The notes under the pieces are model-generated. The model did not search any database. It was not told the origin of the DNA and worked only from the letters and a program-made list of their open reading frames with translations. 64,000 nt of DNA, taken from positions 4,396,372 to 4,460,371 of the forward strand of contig CP070764.1 of NCBI GenBank assembly GCA_020349245.1. The letters run 5' to 3'. Both the position numbers and the translations under genes were made by a program. This stretch comes from Chloroflexota bacterium. Lineage in GTDB: Bacteria > Chloroflexota > Anaerolineae > Anaerolineales > UBA4823. Of the stretch, positions 62,556-64,000 are shown one piece after another (position 1 is the first letter of the stretch; every line of letters starts with the position of its first letter).

Positions 62556-64000
62556 ATGAAATATAAATATTTTATTGTTGGTTTCCTAGTGCTGTTAGCT
62601 GCCCTCGTTCTGGCAGCGTGCGGTACTGCGGGGCCAACGGCAGAAGCCACGCCATGCCCTGTACCGGAACCCTGCCCGGAATGCCCGCAGGTCAGCTGCC
62701 CGGATTGTCCTGAGTGCCCGGAACCAGTGGTAGCTGTAGTGCCTTTCGAACAGGAGTGGGCTAATTCACCCCACAACGCTGCCGATGCAGAGGCTTTCCG
62801 TCACTGGGATGAAGATGATCCGGCGCAGATTCCCGAATCTTGTGCCAAGTGTCACAGCACACCCGGACATTTGGACTTCCTGGGTGAGGATGGCAGTGAA
62901 GCCGGCGTGGTGGATGCTCCCGCGCCGATCGGGACAACCATTGAATGCGTCGCTTGTCACAATGACACCAACCTGGTCAAAGATAGCGTGGTCTTTCCCT
63001 CGGGGGTGGAGTTAACTGACCTGGGTGACCAGGCCCGCTGCATGGAGTGCCACCAGGGACGATCCTCCAAGTTTACCGTGGATGAAGCTATTGCTGAGGC
63101 AGTCGGCGAAAATCTCGACATGGTCAGCGAGGACCTGGGCTTCATCAATATCCATTACTATGCTGCAGCAGCCACGCGCTATGGTACGGAGGTGATGGGC
63201 GGGTACGAGTATGATGGTCTGGCTTACGACCCGCGCTTTGACCACGTGGAGGGCTACCAATCCTGCATCAACTGCCACGACATGCACACGCTGGAACTTA
63301 AGGTTGAGGAATGCGGTGGCTGCCACGCGGGCGTTTCAACCCTGGAAGATGTGGAACAGATCCGTTTCGCTGGCTCGCTGAATGACTATGATGGTGATGG
63401 TGATGTTGAAGAACCTATTAAGGATGAACTCACCGGGTTGCAAGAATTGCTCTACCTGAACATGCAGGCTTATGCCAGTGAGGTAGCTGGTTCTTCACTG
63501 GTCTATGATGCCGCCAGCTATCCGTATTTCTTCGATGAGGCTGGTGAAAGATATGCTGCCTGGACCGGTCGCCTGGTGAAAGCAGCTTACAATTACCAGG
63601 TCTCTCTCAAAGATCCGGGTGCCTTCGCCCATGGTGGCAAGTACATCATCCAGCTGCTCTATGACTCGATCGCGGACCTGAATGGTCAAGTAGGAACGCC
63701 GGTTGATATGAGTATCCTACACCGCGAGGATCCTGGGCATTTTGCAGCTGCTGGTGAACCCTGGCGCCACTGGGACGAGGACGACCCCAAGGAAGTCCCG
63801 GCCAGCTGCTCGAAGTGCCATTCAGCCGAGGGACTGCCGACCTTTATCACCACCGGCGGAGATACCTACCCGCAACCGGTGGCCAGCGGCTTGAACTGCG
63901 CTACCTGCCACGACGACCTGTCGACTTTCACTCGTTACGTTTCGGAGGAAGTGACCTTTCCCAGCGGGGCTACCGTATCGTTTGAAAATGTGGATGCGAA
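62556..64000 (+). CDS. large multihaem c-type cytochrome lipoprotein with Cys-Pro-rich linker, 5' part (at least 7 CXXCH in window; continues past window end)
   Basis: Not in the ORF track because it has no stop. My own translation from the ATG at 62556 (RBS aaggag) has no stop through 64000. It reads MKYKYFIVGFLVLLAALVLAACGTAGPTAEATPCPVPEPCPECPQVSCPDCPECPEP..., then CAKCH, CVACH, CMECH, CINCH, CGGCH, CSKCH, CATCH. Confidence 0.85.
   Translation, partial: MKYKYFIVGFLVLLAALVLAACGTAGPTAEATPCPVPEPCPECPQVSCPDCPECPEPVVAVVPFEQEWANSPHNAADAEAFRHWDEDDPAQIPESCAKCHSTPGHLDFLGEDGSEAGVVDAPAPIGTTIECVACHNDTNLVKDSVVFPSGVELTDLGDQARCMECHQGRSSKFTVDEAIAEAVGENLDMVSEDLGFINIHYYAAAATRYGTEVMGGYEYDGLAYDPRFDHVEGYQSCINCHDMHTLELKVEECGGCHAGVSTLEDVEQIRFAGSLNDYDGDGDVEEPIKDELTGLQELLYLNMQAYASEVAGSSLVYDAASYPYFFDEAGERYAAWTGRLVKAAYNYQVSLKDPGAFAHGGKYIIQLLYDSIADLNGQVGTPVDMSILHREDPGHFAAAGEPWRHWDEDDPKEVPASCSKCHSAEGLPTFITTGGDTYPQPVASGLNCATCHDDLSTFTRYVSEEVTFPSGATVSFENVDA

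Noticed and set aside
1-64000. Search for tRNA, rRNA, transposase or integrase genes, terminal inverted repeats and CRISPR arrays.
   Set aside because: Scanning by eye found no T-loop/acceptor-like structures in intergenic regions, no rRNA-like stretches, no transposase or integrase ORFs and no spaced direct-repeat arrays. A proper tRNAscan/Infernal run was not possible.

Overview
This 64-kb window is bacterial chromosome. Its gene content suggests a Chloroflexota (Anaerolineae-like) organism: alternative complex III, a split b6-type Rieske/cytochrome b complex, a System I ccm cluster and many lipoprotein multihaem cytochromes. That taxonomic call is inference only. I found no rRNA, tRNA, CRISPR array or mobile element.

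Positions 1-29.6 kb hold ordinary housekeeping and metabolic genes:
- tandem USP, ICMT-like methyltransferase, radical SAM, LmbE-type deacetylase, M20 peptidase, 2-hydroxyacid dehydrogenase
- DAG-kinase-like lipid kinase, DUF429-like protein, P5C dehydrogenase, CoA-transferase A/B, CPBP protease
- lactate permease, galK, mutS2, two-subunit class I fumarase, MFS transporter, OmpR-type two-component system, HlyD-type adaptor

Two genes in this part look broken: an alpha/beta hydrolase and a Gly-rich LTXXQ protein.

From about 29.9 kb to the window end there is one continuous cytochrome island of about 34 kb. In order it contains:
- a complete System I cytochrome c maturation cluster (ccmE-F-H-G, a CcmI-like zinc-ribbon protein, a 654-aa dihaem membrane protein, ccmA-B-C, an unlisted 58-aa ccmD, a YHS-domain gene). 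CcmE carries CxxxY instead of HxxxY.
- a NarL-type two-component system
- a five-gene Rieske/cytochrome b operon (octahaem, NapC/NirT-like 8+1 haem, Rieske, cyt b6, subunit IV fused to seven cyt c domains)
- a second NarL-type system whose kinase has two CXXCH motifs in its periplasmic sensor
- a pentahaem lipoprotein
- an alternative complex III with ActB split in two, no ActF, and a trihaem lipoprotein
- three paralogous multihaem lipoprotein genes; the last is not in the ORF track because it runs off the window

I count 60 canonical CXXCH motifs in 12 ORFs and no terminal oxidase or reductase.

The most unusual signal is in four of the multihaem lipoproteins. An uninterrupted collagen-like (Gly-X-Y)10-14 run sits directly after the lipobox cysteine. 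A fifth paralog has an IgG-hinge-like Cys-Pro cluster at the same position. Together these suggest a family of membrane-tethered, stalk-oligomerised cytochromes, which I cannot match to any described system from memory.
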